Virus record (IMG/VR): IMGVR_UViG_3300020434_000087
Coordinates: 1 to 42,148 of that record
Source of the DNA: a virus
Taxonomy: Duplodnaviria > Caudoviricetes
DNA length: 42,148 nucleotides
Strand: one strand, 5' to 3'
Of this stretch, positions 1 to 8,947 are shown piece by piece (the stretch's first letter is position 1; each line of letters begins with the position of its first letter). Position numbers and translations under genes: made by a program. Under the pieces are notes generated by a model, which was given only the letters and a program-made list of their open reading frames with translations, was not told where the DNA came from and did no database searches.

Positions 1-726
1 TGGAGCAATATCTTCATAACTAGCTCCCCTTCTATAAGAATCGAAATAAACAATATGAGTATTCTTTTCAGACCTATAACGATAAATACCATATTTGAAA
101 TAAGGCCCCTTTGGATCAAAATAACCAATAGGCCCCCTATACGCTACTACTTGTTCACCATTTAACCACACATTCAAATATCCATCATCTTCTGTACTCC
201 AACGCACTTGATATATAAGATCATTCCATTCTCCAAGAGTGAAATTTGTTAAATTATAAAATTTTCTTTTCACATGTGATGTGGAGTCAGGAGAATTGGG
301 AGCACATCTTTTTTCAGTTTCATAACGAACTATAATTTGAAAAGTTTTAGTTAGATGAAGTTCATTTGATAAAACCGAAGGTCGATCACACCACACTTTA
401 TCTCCATTTATCATATGGCTTGTTCCATGCCACTGCCCAATAACAAGTCGTTTTAAAATAGGTTGAATATCTTTAGGAATAAAAATACTCATTCCATACC
501 ACGTTTCATGATTAAGAGGAGCATTCCATTTCTCACTTAATTCTGCACGAGAACTCTTTTTGAACCCATCTCCCCAACCATCTCCAGGACGGACTTCAAA
601 ACGATATGCAGTATTTTGTTTCTGTATTGACCAAGACTTAATATCTGCCTGTTTATTCCACGGCCCTCCTGTTGTAGCCGTACATCCAACTAAAAATATA
701 AGTGGTATAATTAATAATCTATTCAT
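1..726 (-). CDS. Polysaccharide lyase (heparin lyase I / Polysacc_lyase-like jelly-roll) lipoprotein; 3' end runs off the window
   Basis: Not in the ORF track; translated by hand: MNRLLIIPLIFLVGC (lipobox), FEVRPGD, RAEL, WYGMSIFIP, IGQWH, GYLNVWLNG, YFKYGIYR. Alternative in-frame ATG at 738. Frame is open to position 1. Confidence 0.8.
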   Translation of the reverse strand, partial: MNRLLIIPLIFLVGCTATTGGPWNKQADIKSWSIQKQNTAYRFEVRPGDGWGDGFKKSSRAELSEKWNAPLNHETWYGMSIFIPKDIQPILKRLVIGQWHGTSHMINGDKVWCDRPSVLSNELHLTKTFQIIVRYETEKRCAPNSPDSTSHVKRKFYNLTNFTLGEWNDLIYQVRWSTEDDGYLNVWLNGEQVVAYRGPIGYFDPKGPYFKYGIYRYRSEKNTHIVYFDSYRRGASYEDIAP

Positions 727-749
727 GACTTTTCTCATTTACTACTTAT

Positions 750-778
750 ATTATATCAGGGTTTTTCGGAAAAGTCAA
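750..778 (-). promoter_or_regulatory. Sigma70-type (early) promoter
   Basis: Minus strand TTGACT-17 nt-TATAAT with an extended -10 TG; a near-identical copy lies at 7538-7566. Confidence 0.8.
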
Positions 779-781
779 GTT

Positions 782-2152
782 TTACAATACTTTAAGCCCA
801 GTATTTTGTTCAAATTTCTTAACATCATATTCATCATTAACAATGGGTTCACCTTTAAGATTGAGTGATGTATTCAATATCATAGGACAACCAGTTTCTG
901 CTTTCCATTCTTTCAATAATGTCCTATGGGGATCATTTTCAACTATCTGTAATCTTGAAGTACCATCATCATGAACCACTCCAGGAAACTGTACTTTTGT
1001 TCTAGATTTAGCATTATATGTTGAATTCATATATGTCGAAAAAACATTTCCTTGAAAATATTCATTAACATCTTCTTTCAATATCATTGGGGCAAATGGT
1101 CTAAATTCTTCTCTACCCTTAATTCTATTTACCCTATCTTTAATGTCTACTATTGAAGGATCTGCTAACAAACTACGATTACCTAAAGCTCGTGGACCAA
1201 ACTCTGCCCTTCCTTTTGCCACACCTACTATTTTGCTATTTTTTAACGTTTTCACTATCTCTTTTGTTGGATATTCACCTCTTAATTCATATCCAATATA
1301 GGGTGATGGATCTATCTTCTTTTCTGTTCTCGCTAATACGCATCCAACCGCTGAACCAGCATCACCAGGATTTGGTGGTATGTATACATTACAATGCTCT
1401 AATTGAGAATTTGCTTTTACATTTAATGCACATCCACCAACAAATACCAAATTGCCCTGTATATTTTTAACTATGTCCCAAAGAATACCTTCATATACTG
1501 ATTGAGCACACGCTGAGATCTGCAGTTTACCCAATCCATTTAATTTCACACCTCTATGAAAGTTAAAATTGTCATCCCACAATTTTCTTATTTTTCTATA
1601 TCCCCCAGGAGTAATATTACCAAGTGGTGCCGCTCCCATCATAATATATTCTTCTTCATTTGGTTTCCACCCCGCCGCTTGAGTCATCGCAGAATAAAAT
1701 AAACCAAGTGATTTAGGATATTTCCAATGAAGGCCCTTTCTTTTTAATTTCCCACCCTTTGCTTGCCATGTTGTCAAAGTGTCCCATTCACCTATTGCAT
1801 CAATAACTAAAACTGTACATTCATCAAATGGTGATGTATAATAACCATATGCGGCGTGTGATAAGTGATGACTTGTATATGTTAATTTATATTTAAATTT
1901 TGGTAAGACTAATATTGGTGATTGTTTTGCGTAGGTTCTTCTGAATGATTTAAAGATGGGATTTTCATAATAATATACTTTCTCTGGAATACCATATTTC
2001 TTTTCAACATACTCAATCAGATTGGGCGGAATTATAGGATCGTTTTTCTTTCTAGAAAACCGCTCAGCGTCTGTCGCAAATAATAACTCATCATTTTTAA
2101 ATACTGACAATGCACCATCATGCGATCCCTGTGTCACTCCCCAACATATCAT
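782..2152 (-). CDS. Carbamoyltransferase, NodU/CmcH family
   Basis: HDGA, ERFSRKK, HHLSHAA, DAIGEW, GGCALN, PGDAG, EFGPRALGNRS, RPFAP and LNTSLN motifs. Confidence 0.93.
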   Translation of the reverse strand: MICWGVTQGSHDGALSVFKNDELLFATDAERFSRKKNDPIIPPNLIEYVEKKYGIPEKVYYYENPIFKSFRRTYAKQSPILVLPKFKYKLTYTSHHLSHAAYGYYTSPFDECTVLVIDAIGEWDTLTTWQAKGGKLKRKGLHWKYPKSLGLFYSAMTQAAGWKPNEEEYIMMGAAPLGNITPGGYRKIRKLWDDNFNFHRGVKLNGLGKLQISACAQSVYEGILWDIVKNIQGNLVFVGGCALNVKANSQLEHCNVYIPPNPGDAGSAVGCVLARTEKKIDPSPYIGYELRGEYPTKEIVKTLKNSKIVGVAKGRAEFGPRALGNRSLLADPSIVDIKDRVNRIKGREEFRPFAPMILKEDVNEYFQGNVFSTYMNSTYNAKSRTKVQFPGVVHDDGTSRLQIVENDPHRTLLKEWKAETGCPMILNTSLNLKGEPIVNDEYDVKKFEQNTGLKVL

Positions 2153-2264
2153 CGTCTATCCTTTCGCAGCATGGACAATCTTGCCCATGAATCCTATTCA
2201 GGTTCAATTGTTTTTTTACTCGCCGTTGTCTGGCTTTTCTTTTAGCTTCTTTTTTCTTAGTCAA
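2118..2264 (-). CDS. Small basic protein, 48 aa, TTG start
   Basis: Hand translation MTKKKEAKRKARQRRVKKQLNLNRIHGQDCPCCERIDDDMLGSDTGIA; GAGGAG SD upstream; fills the gap between its neighbours. Confidence 0.5.
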   Translation of the reverse strand: MTKKKEAKRKARQRRVKKQLNLNRIHGQDCPCCERIDDDMLGSDTGIA

Positions 2265-2490
2265 CTATTAACTCCTCAAGTTCTTCAATTATTTCTTCGA
2301 TTGTAGAATTATTTTCAAATATCTCATCATCCATCTCTATATGAAATTTGTCTTCACATAGTATTTTTATTTTCATTTGTTCTAAAAAATCTGGTTCCAA
2401 AGATTCTAAACGTGTAGTAATTAATATGTCTTCTTCTTCAATATTTAAATATTTTATTAATATTTCATAGAACTGTTTTTCTACATCCAT
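2257..2490 (-). CDS. Acyl carrier protein-like protein lacking the phosphopantetheine Ser
   Basis: 77 aa, acidic, ACP pattern (LNIEEEDI, EDKFHIEMDDE, TIEEII); LEPDFLE replaces the canonical LGxDSLD; GGAG SD. Confidence 0.7.
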   Translation of the reverse strand: MDVEKQFYEILIKYLNIEEEDILITTRLESLEPDFLEQMKIKILCEDKFHIEMDDEIFENNSTIEEIIEELEELIVD

Positions 2491-2556
2491 GTACTCTCCA
2501 AATAATTAGTAAATCTAACCACTATATATGTTTTCTAATTATTCTAAGAAATATCT

Positions 2557-2997
2557 TTACTTACTGTTAATCATTGTCCAGAGAGTTTTAAATTTTACAT
2601 CTACTGATCTTGCAACATCCCCCTCAACTTTATGCAATCCAAAGTTTAATTCACTTCTCAGTTTTTGAAGTTTTGTTTCAATTGTTTTTACTTGGGTTCT
2701 TAATTCTCTCTCTCGAATAGCAAATTTTTCCTTAACTTCCTCTTCAAGTGCTTGAACTTCCATTTGTTTTTTATTTAATATATCTACAGACTTTTTTATA
2801 CGAGTCTCTATATCTTGAAGATTCTTTTGAAACGCTTCTAAATCACGTTCAAGCTCCAATGCGTTGATTAGGGTAATTTTAGGAAAATTAATATCTCCCA
2901 TATATTGCCAACCCACTAAAATTGCCATCACTACTATGATTAACCATTTTATAACTTCACTATAAATTTTTAAAATCTGTTTACGTTTGTGTTCCAA
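2557..2997 (-). CDS. Hypothetical protein with N-terminal TM helix and coiled coil
   Basis: WLIIVVMAILVGW followed by an E/K/L heptad-rich region. Confidence 0.7.
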   Translation of the reverse strand: MEHKRKQILKIYSEVIKWLIIVVMAILVGWQYMGDINFPKITLINALELERDLEAFQKNLQDIETRIKKSVDILNKKQMEVQALEEEVKEKFAIRERELRTQVKTIETKLQKLRSELNFGLHKVEGDVARSVDVKFKTLWTMINSK

Positions 2998-3181
2998 CTG
3001 TTATCCAAGCTGCAGAGGTCTTCACCTTCAGAGTTTCAGTAGTCGTATCATATACGATTTCTCCTTCCAATCCTGCTGGTAAACTGCCTGTTGCATATGA
3101 TGGTACATGCAGCGCTGTCGTTGCGAATGTTGTTGTCACATTCTGAGTTGTCACATTTATAGTTGATGATACTAATCCCAT
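2981..3181 (-). CDS. Small protein resembling a tail-fibre shaft module
   Basis: GEIVYDTTTETLKV...W resembles the GxIxYxTxxxxLxV fibre motif; GGAG SD. Confidence 0.55.
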   Translation of the reverse strand: MGLVSSTINVTTQNVTTTFATTALHVPSYATGSLPAGLEGEIVYDTTTETLKVKTSAAWITVGTQT

Positions 3182-3183
3182 TC

Positions 3184-3627
3184 TTATTCTCCTTGTGTTT
3201 GAGTTTCTTCCTCTGTATCCAGATTCCAGATTCCCAATTTTCCTTTAATTTGTATAGGTAAATTTGCTATTTCAGGGTTTTCAAATACCCATGCATATTT
3301 ATCTTTCTCGTCTATGTCACAACAGCCCCATTTACTAGCCTCTTCTACAGTTACTTGTTCTGATATTCTTAAAATATTAACAAGTTCCACTTTCCCTAAT
3401 AAAGAACCATGAGTTGTCATGAAATGCCAATCTAAATGATTGGGTTTCAGTCTTTCAATACCATTTGTTAAATATATAGAATTTTCTTTTGATGGTTGTT
3501 TAGCTGAATGTATGTATAATTGACCTCGATACTTTGTATTCCAAGATCTAATCTCATACTTTTTTACCCCCGCTAAAATTAAAAAAGCGAATGGATTTTT
3601 AACTGTTAAAACTTTTAAATGATTCAT
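3184..3627 (-). CDS. ASCH domain protein
   Basis: LTVKNPFA, GVKKYEIRSW, YRGQLYIH, KGKLGIW. Confidence 0.88.
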   Translation of the reverse strand: MNHLKVLTVKNPFAFLILAGVKKYEIRSWNTKYRGQLYIHSAKQPSKENSIYLTNGIERLKPNHLDWHFMTTHGSLLGKVELVNILRISEQVTVEEASKWGCCDIDEKDKYAWVFENPEIANLPIQIKGKLGIWNLDTEEETQTQGE

Positions 3628-4249
3628 TACTTGATCTAAGGAGCTTCCTGCCTCCGGTATGCTTGTAGAATGTCTGTTTTGTCAAGTTTGTAAGTTTAAG
3701 TGCATCTTTTAAAGTTCTACCATTTAAAACCAAATTCGAAGCTTCCTTTACTTTAACTTTTATCTTTACCTTTCGCTCTGGTTCATAATCTGTATATCTT
3801 TCAATCGCCGGCCATCTTGATTTATTTCTTGTCATGGCCTGATGTAATGTCCAATTCCCTCTTAAATAATCAGAATAAGCCATCTGTGCTCTCTTTTTTG
3901 TTATAGAAAGATCATATGGCCTACCTGCTGGAATATGATATACTGGAACAAGCGACTGTTTACCCTTTTTTGTATTATATTTTGCTATTCTATTAATTGG
4001 AAAACATAACCTAATTGGTGTATTGATATCAATTTTATTTCCAAATTTATATTCAACATCTTCCACCATCTGTTCATGACTTGAACAATGTTCATCAAAT
4101 ATATCCCACATCCACCAATGAAATGAATTGGCATAACATGCATCTTCAAATGTATACTCATCCATAGTAACAGGCCTCCAAGGATCACCTGTTACTGGAT
4201 GATAATCACACAATTCTTCTAAATATGTTCTTCTAATTAATGAAGTCAT
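3599..4249 (-). CDS. Hypothetical protein
   Basis: 216-aa ORF with ATGA overlap to the upstream gene; basic C-terminus. Confidence 0.7.
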   Translation of the reverse strand: MTSLIRRTYLEELCDYHPVTGDPWRPVTMDEYTFEDACYANSFHWWMWDIFDEHCSSHEQMVEDVEYKFGNKIDINTPIRLCFPINRIAKYNTKKGKQSLVPVYHIPAGRPYDLSITKKRAQMAYSDYLRGNWTLHQAMTRNKSRWPAIERYTDYEPERKVKIKVKVKEASNLVLNGRTLKDALKLTNLTKQTFYKHTGGRKLLRSSNESFKSFNS

Positions 4250-4482
4250 TTTTTAAAATCACGCCCCATCTCTTGATCTCTTTCAGCAGATTTCAACATT
4301 TGTTTAAAATCTCGCTGTTTTTGTTTTCTTGCCTCATCACTTTTCATTCTTTTTTTAAGAGAGGGCTTAGCATAATATTTTCTAGATTTTAATTCCTTAA
4401 AAAGTCCTTCATTTACTAAAATACTTTTCAATTTTGAAATAGCTTTAACTGAATTATTATCATAAACTTTAATACTTATCAT
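4246..4482 (-). CDS. rpsU: Ribosomal protein bS21 (phage-encoded)
   Basis: IKVYDNNSVKAISKLK...EGLFKELKSRKYYAKPSLKKR matches the bS21 pattern. Confidence 0.88.
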   Translation of the reverse strand: MISIKVYDNNSVKAISKLKSILVNEGLFKELKSRKYYAKPSLKKRMKSDEARKQKQRDFKQMLKSAERDQEMGRDFKK

Positions 4483-4491
4483 AATTTTCCT

Positions 4492-5580
4492 TCATGGTTT
4501 TTTTTCAATTTTTGGTTTAAATGCATTCACACCATACATTTTATCTACATCTATATGCAGCACTTTTACAAGAACATCTTTTATACGTAAAAAACGTTTA
4601 TCTCGAATAATAGAAACATTAATTCTATCACCAATATGATAGTTTATTAATTTGTCTGAAAATTCAACACCATTATTTATAAATGTATTATCTATCCCTA
4701 TTATAGTATCCCATGGCCGTAAACCTTTTGGTATTGTTTTATCTACATACTTTTCATCATTCATCAACAATCCATATGTATTTGGAATTGTCACAGTAAT
4801 TGTAGGAAAATCTTTTGATATTTTATCTAGTTGTGATTTTTTTCCCCATAATGGAATAATCATTATTCCCAATGCAGGGCGATCAGCTTTACCTGTTGTT
4901 ATCATCTGAGCCACTGAATTTCTAACAATATCACTCCTAATTGCTATACCAACTCCTGCATTAGAATTGCCTCTAGATACAAGTAATGAATTAATTCCAA
5001 CAATTTCACCCTTTGAATTAAGAAGAGGGCCTCCGGAATTTCCTTTATTGATTGCAGCATCTGTTTGAAGTGCTTTAATATAGGGATGTCTCGCATATCT
5101 TTCAGTACTAGAAATTATACCCTTTGATAAACTAAATACCATTCCCATAGGATGTCCAAGTGCAAATACTTCTTCTCCTAGTCTTATGTTATTTTGTGGG
5201 GCAAACTTTAGAAATGGTACATCTTTTCCTTTACGATTGAGAACTTTAAGTAGGGCTAAATCAGCTAAAGGGTCTATACCTATAACTTCTACTGAATAAT
5301 CTCCCCAATCATTATCATCAAAATAATATAATTTTATACTTTTTTGGTCATGAACACAATGATAATTTGTTACTATATATCCTTCTTTGGTAACCACTGC
5401 TCCAGCACAAGTAGCCGTAGGCGTAGTTATTCCTGGATTATTTACTGTGCTCACTTGTAATAATACTACTGATTCTCTCGCTTGTTCAATTATTTCTGTA
5501 GTGATATCTGATGCTTCCAGAGTACTAGAGAACATGAATATAGAAAAGCATAACAAAATAACTCTTTTGAGCTTGTTCAT
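4492..5580 (-). CDS. HtrA/DegP-family trypsin-like serine protease with a PDZ-like C-terminus
   Basis: Signal peptide; catalytic motifs TNYHCV, DLALL and QTDAAINKGNSGGPL. Confidence 0.92.
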   Translation of the reverse strand: MNKLKRVILLCFSIFMFSSTLEASDITTEIIEQARESVVLLQVSTVNNPGITTPTATCAGAVVTKEGYIVTNYHCVHDQKSIKLYYFDDNDWGDYSVEVIGIDPLADLALLKVLNRKGKDVPFLKFAPQNNIRLGEEVFALGHPMGMVFSLSKGIISSTERYARHPYIKALQTDAAINKGNSGGPLLNSKGEIVGINSLLVSRGNSNAGVGIAIRSDIVRNSVAQMITTGKADRPALGIMIIPLWGKKSQLDKISKDFPTITVTIPNTYGLLMNDEKYVDKTIPKGLRPWDTIIGIDNTFINNGVEFSDKLINYHIGDRINVSIIRDKRFLRIKDVLVKVLHIDVDKMYGVNAFKPKIEKKP

Positions 5581-5587
5581 CTTTTCC

Positions 5588-6253
5588 TTAAAAATTTAAT
5601 GTGTTAGGTTCTTGAGGGGTTCTCTCTAATTCTTTGTTTTGGTCTGGTAATGACTCTTCTCTTAATGAATTAGTAGAATTGTCTGCTCCCTCATCTTTTT
5701 TAAGTTCCTTTTTTGTTTCATTATCTGGTGTCGGCATTTTCATAAAAAAACTTGGTAAAGTTTCATACTTTCCAACGCATTCCATTGCTTTCAGCATAAA
5801 AAGATTTCCTCCCCATTCTGGATCAATAACCTTTTTTTTGTATTCCTTTACTTTATGTTCTTTTCTTAGCATATCCATTACACAAAAACAATGTTCGACC
5901 ATTTGTCTTTGTGCTATGGGGCTTGGTATCTGACCTAGAATAGATGGATTGCTTAATACTACCCATCTTATAGTTCCTTGATAACATGCGCCTATTGTAT
6001 CATAGATAAGTTGTGAAGTCCATGTATCATCATCTAATATTTTCGGAAATCCTCTTTCTGTGAACTGAGGCTCTTCTCCAGTTTTTAACTGGTTCCTTGC
6101 TTTATTCAGTTCATCTGCGCTCGCTTCTTCTGCTTTTACTACCGTAAGTTGCATGATGAACATACTCACAGGAAGTAATATTATTAAAAATATTAAAACC
6201 TTTTTTATAAAATATATTGGCGTAAATATTGTTTTACTAATATAGTGTCTCAA
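5588..6253 (-). CDS. Hypothetical exported or membrane-anchored protein
   Basis: Hydrophobic N-terminus; four Cys (C...HCFC...C). Confidence 0.7.
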   Translation of the reverse strand: MRHYISKTIFTPIYFIKKVLIFLIILLPVSMFIMQLTVVKAEEASADELNKARNQLKTGEEPQFTERGFPKILDDDTWTSQLIYDTIGACYQGTIRWVVLSNPSILGQIPSPIAQRQMVEHCFCVMDMLRKEHKVKEYKKKVIDPEWGGNLFMLKAMECVGKYETLPSFFMKMPTPDNETKKELKKDEGADNSTNSLREESLPDQNKELERTPQEPNTLNF

Positions 6254-6366
6254 CTCAAACCCAACTTTCTCTATTTAAAATTTAGATCCCTCATCGTCAA
6301 TTGTTTATTCAATGGATCACTAAGGTAGGCCTACCGCTTTCCTATTGATATTTAGGTGTTTGGAGA

Positions 6367-6442
6367 TGGTGCGCCAGAGAGGATTCGAACCTCTGGCCAA
6401 CAGCTTAGAAGGCTGTTGCTCTATCCGCTGAGCTACTGGCGC
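6367..6442 (-). tRNA. tRNA-Arg (anticodon UCU)
   Basis: GCGCCAG acceptor stem, GCTC/GAGC D-arm, ACAGC-CTTCTAA-GCTGT anticodon arm, GGTTCGAATCC T-arm, encoded CCA; 76 nt. Confidence 0.96.
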
Positions 6443-6457
6443 ATAGAGAATGTTTGA

Positions 6458-7459
6458 TTATATTTTAACAAAGGTACTAATATCTGTTCTAAATGTATCA
6501 CAATCTTCTACACCGCCATTGTGATTACAAGATAAATTCTTTTCATTGTATTTTCTCACCAAAATAGTTCTGAGTGTATTTTTATCTACATTATAATATC
6601 TAAAATTAATAGTTCTGTCAGGTTGTTTGTTCCAACATGTCCCTTTTACTAATGGTTTCGACACATCTTTGTAACCATCTTTATCTATGGTAACAAAAGA
6701 TGTTGTTGGTATTGGGCATGCTATAGCTTTTGTACCCTCAAAAGTAGGGGAAGTATATTCCGCTCCACCGGATGTAGTAATTAAATAAGAACCGGGATTA
6801 ACTTTTAAAAAATTGATTAAAAATCCAGGCCCTAGTGCCTTTTCATGTATATCAGCACCAATTATGGTCGTCATATGTCTCCAGTGATAATTGCCTTCAG
6901 GAATTCCAAAAAATTTCTTTTCTATTGGAAGAACCGTATGAGCAACTTCTGGTTCTTTTTTAGGAAGTTTTATAACTGTTTTTTCTTCAAATACTTTGAT
7001 TTTCTTACATCCAACACATTTTCCATCTTTAAATGGACATCCCATTGGTGCAGTACAAACATATTCATAGTAAACTGAATCAGATTCAGTCTTTTCTGTA
7101 ACTTCAGACTTATCTGGACTCTCAGAAATAACTCCAAAAGGAATTACAATTCCATTATTTTCAGATGCATCTGTAGATTCACCAGACGCACTTACAGGTA
7201 CGCCTAACGGAGAAGAACTCTCTGGTAGTACTTCTTTCTTTAATTCTACTGCTTTTGGTAGGTTTAGGGCCGGAAGTTTGGTGACTTTTGGGCCGAGTGT
7301 TCTTTTTTTAACTGGAAGTAGTGTAAATTCACCAGAATCAGGGTCTTGAAATACCTGAAACTTTACACCATCCATTGTTATTACTTTAGCACTAACTGTA
7401 GGAACAGTAAGTCCTACTAGCGCAATTGCACCAAGTGCAATTAATATCGCCTTCTTCAT
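6458..7459 (-). CDS. Hypothetical secreted protein
   Basis: Sec-type signal peptide MKKAILIALGAIALVGL...VSA; internal Cys cluster CTAPMGC...CVGC. Confidence 0.75.
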   Translation of the reverse strand: MKKAILIALGAIALVGLTVPTVSAKVITMDGVKFQVFQDPDSGEFTLLPVKKRTLGPKVTKLPALNLPKAVELKKEVLPESSSPLGVPVSASGESTDASENNGIVIPFGVISESPDKSEVTEKTESDSVYYEYVCTAPMGCPFKDGKCVGCKKIKVFEEKTVIKLPKKEPEVAHTVLPIEKKFFGIPEGNYHWRHMTTIIGADIHEKALGPGFLINFLKVNPGSYLITTSGGAEYTSPTFEGTKAIACPIPTTSFVTIDKDGYKDVSKPLVKGTCWNKQPDRTINFRYYNVDKNTLRTILVRKYNEKNLSCNHNGGVEDCDTFRTDISTFVKI

Positions 7460-7537
7460 AATTCATCTCTTTTGAAGGGTTTAATAGACCATAATGAATC
7501 ATCACCTTGTGTGATGGTTTTCTCATTATTTCCTACT

Positions 7538-7566
7538 ATTATATCAAATATTCTCGAAAAAGTCAA
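7538..7566 (-). promoter_or_regulatory. Sigma70-type (early) promoter
   Basis: TTGACT-17 nt-TATAAT with an extended -10 TG; twin of 750-778. Confidence 0.8.
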
Positions 7567-8045
7567 GTTTTTTGGGGCTTTTTTCCCTTTGGTTTCTTAG
7601 CCTCCGGTGCTGGTAACTTTATCTCTGGAAGAGCTTGCCTCACTAGATCATAAGTAATGTTACTATAAAGTTCAGTGAATTTTTTATCCTTCATAGCAAT
7701 CACCACTTGTGCTTCGTCAGGATGTATTGTTTCGAGTAATTCAATAAAAATTTGCTCTCTCTTCATTCCGTCTATGTTTGCTCCACCTCCTTCACAAAAC
7801 AAATAAAACTTGCGAACTTCAGGATACAAAGTCATTGGAAACCCCTCCGGAGTTCCTCTAAAAACATAAGGTGGGGTGCCCGGTGGTAGTAAAAACTTGA
7901 TATTAGGATGAAATGCGTGAATTAATATTTGTTTAACTTGATCATTTGCGGGTGGCCCGTTGACCATATGTCTCAATATATTAATCCTATTCTTTTTTGG
8001 AGAGTTTTGTATCGCTTGAAAAATATAAGGTATACTATCTGCCAT
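7563..8045 (-). CDS. Conserved T4-like phage hypothetical protein next to RNase H
   Basis: FLLPPGTPPY and REQIFIELLETIHPDEA..MKDK motifs, recalled from marine T4-like phages. Confidence 0.7.
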   Translation of the reverse strand: MADSIPYIFQAIQNSPKKNRINILRHMVNGPPANDQVKQILIHAFHPNIKFLLPPGTPPYVFRGTPEGFPMTLYPEVRKFYLFCEGGGANIDGMKREQIFIELLETIHPDEAQVVIAMKDKKFTELYSNITYDLVRQALPEIKLPAPEAKKPKGKKPQKT

Positions 8046-8047
8046 AA

Positions 8048-8947
8048 TTAAAAGTCCTCTATAACATCCATTAAATTTTTAAGTCTAAATTTAATGAAAT
8101 AATTTAATAATTTCTTTCTATCGTTACATTGATCAGTTGTTTTCCATTCATGAATAATATTGGTTTGTATGTTCTCTGGAATTTGACTCAAATCTATGAG
8201 AGTCTTATTTCGAGAATATCCAATACTTTCTTTTTCTGTAAGATCTCCCCCTTTTATTATAGAAAGTCTCTTCTTAGTTAATGGTGTTTGTCTCTGACCT
8301 TGAACAAAACAATCGTCCGACGATAGAACATTAGGAATTCCGTCACTTCTATCACCACTAATAATATGTTCTTCTAAAAAATCTACAGGATCTTCATGTA
8401 TAAGATGCTTTTTAGTTAGTGGTGAAAATTGCGTTACATTACCAAAATGTTGCAATTGAATAAAATCTTTATCACTTGATATAATTAATATTTTTTGTTT
8501 TTCTTCAAATAAATTACCATTTCCAGTTGGAATGGTTTCTTCAGTTTGAAAATATTTACAAAGAGCGGCGATGACATCATCAGCCTCACAGTGTTCTACA
8601 TGCATTACTGTGTAAGGTAATGATTCCTTTATCTCATCTCGAACCTTATTTAGACTTTTAAATAATTCATCCCAAGTATATGTAATTTTACCAGAAATAT
8701 AATCTTTTTCATCTTTCGCCCTCTTATGTTTCCTTGTCGCCTTATAAGCTGGAAAAAATTGTTTTCTCCAAGTATTATAATGATCACAACATACAACTAT
8801 TTCACCATAGTCTTTACTATATTTTTTATTATAAAATCGTATGGTATTCAACGCCACGTGGCGTACCATATCCTCATCAGGTGGCTCATATTTGGCTACT
8901 TGCATAAAAGAGCCAATGAACACCTGACTAAAATCTACTAGTATCAT
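8048..8947 (-). CDS. rnh: T4-type RNase H (FEN-like 5'-3' exonuclease)
   Basis: MILVDFSQ, WRKQFFPAYKATR, EADDVI, SSDKDFIQL, GDRSDGIPN. Confidence 0.93.
   Translation of the reverse strand: MILVDFSQVFIGSFMQVAKYEPPDEDMVRHVALNTIRFYNKKYSKDYGEIVVCCDHYNTWRKQFFPAYKATRKHKRAKDEKDYISGKITYTWDELFKSLNKVRDEIKESLPYTVMHVEHCEADDVIAALCKYFQTEETIPTGNGNLFEEKQKILIISSDKDFIQLQHFGNVTQFSPLTKKHLIHEDPVDFLEEHIISGDRSDGIPNVLSSDDCFVQGQRQTPLTKKRLSIIKGGDLTEKESIGYSRNKTLIDLSQIPENIQTNIIHEWKTTDQCNDRKKLLNYFIKFRLKNLMDVIEDF

Noticed and set aside
6324-6335. 12-bp palindrome GGTAGGCCTACC downstream of the tRNA
   Set aside because: Single copy with no recognisable ncRNA or terminator; cannot assign a function.
6367-6442. tRNA as a prophage attachment site
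   Set aside because: No integrase or duplicated 3' end; phage-like genes lie on both sides.
7460-7530. Leader hairpin CATCAC-ACAAG-GTGATG and an out-of-frame upstream ORF starting MRKPSH
   Set aside because: A 6-bp stem and an ORF with no supporting motif; too weak to call.
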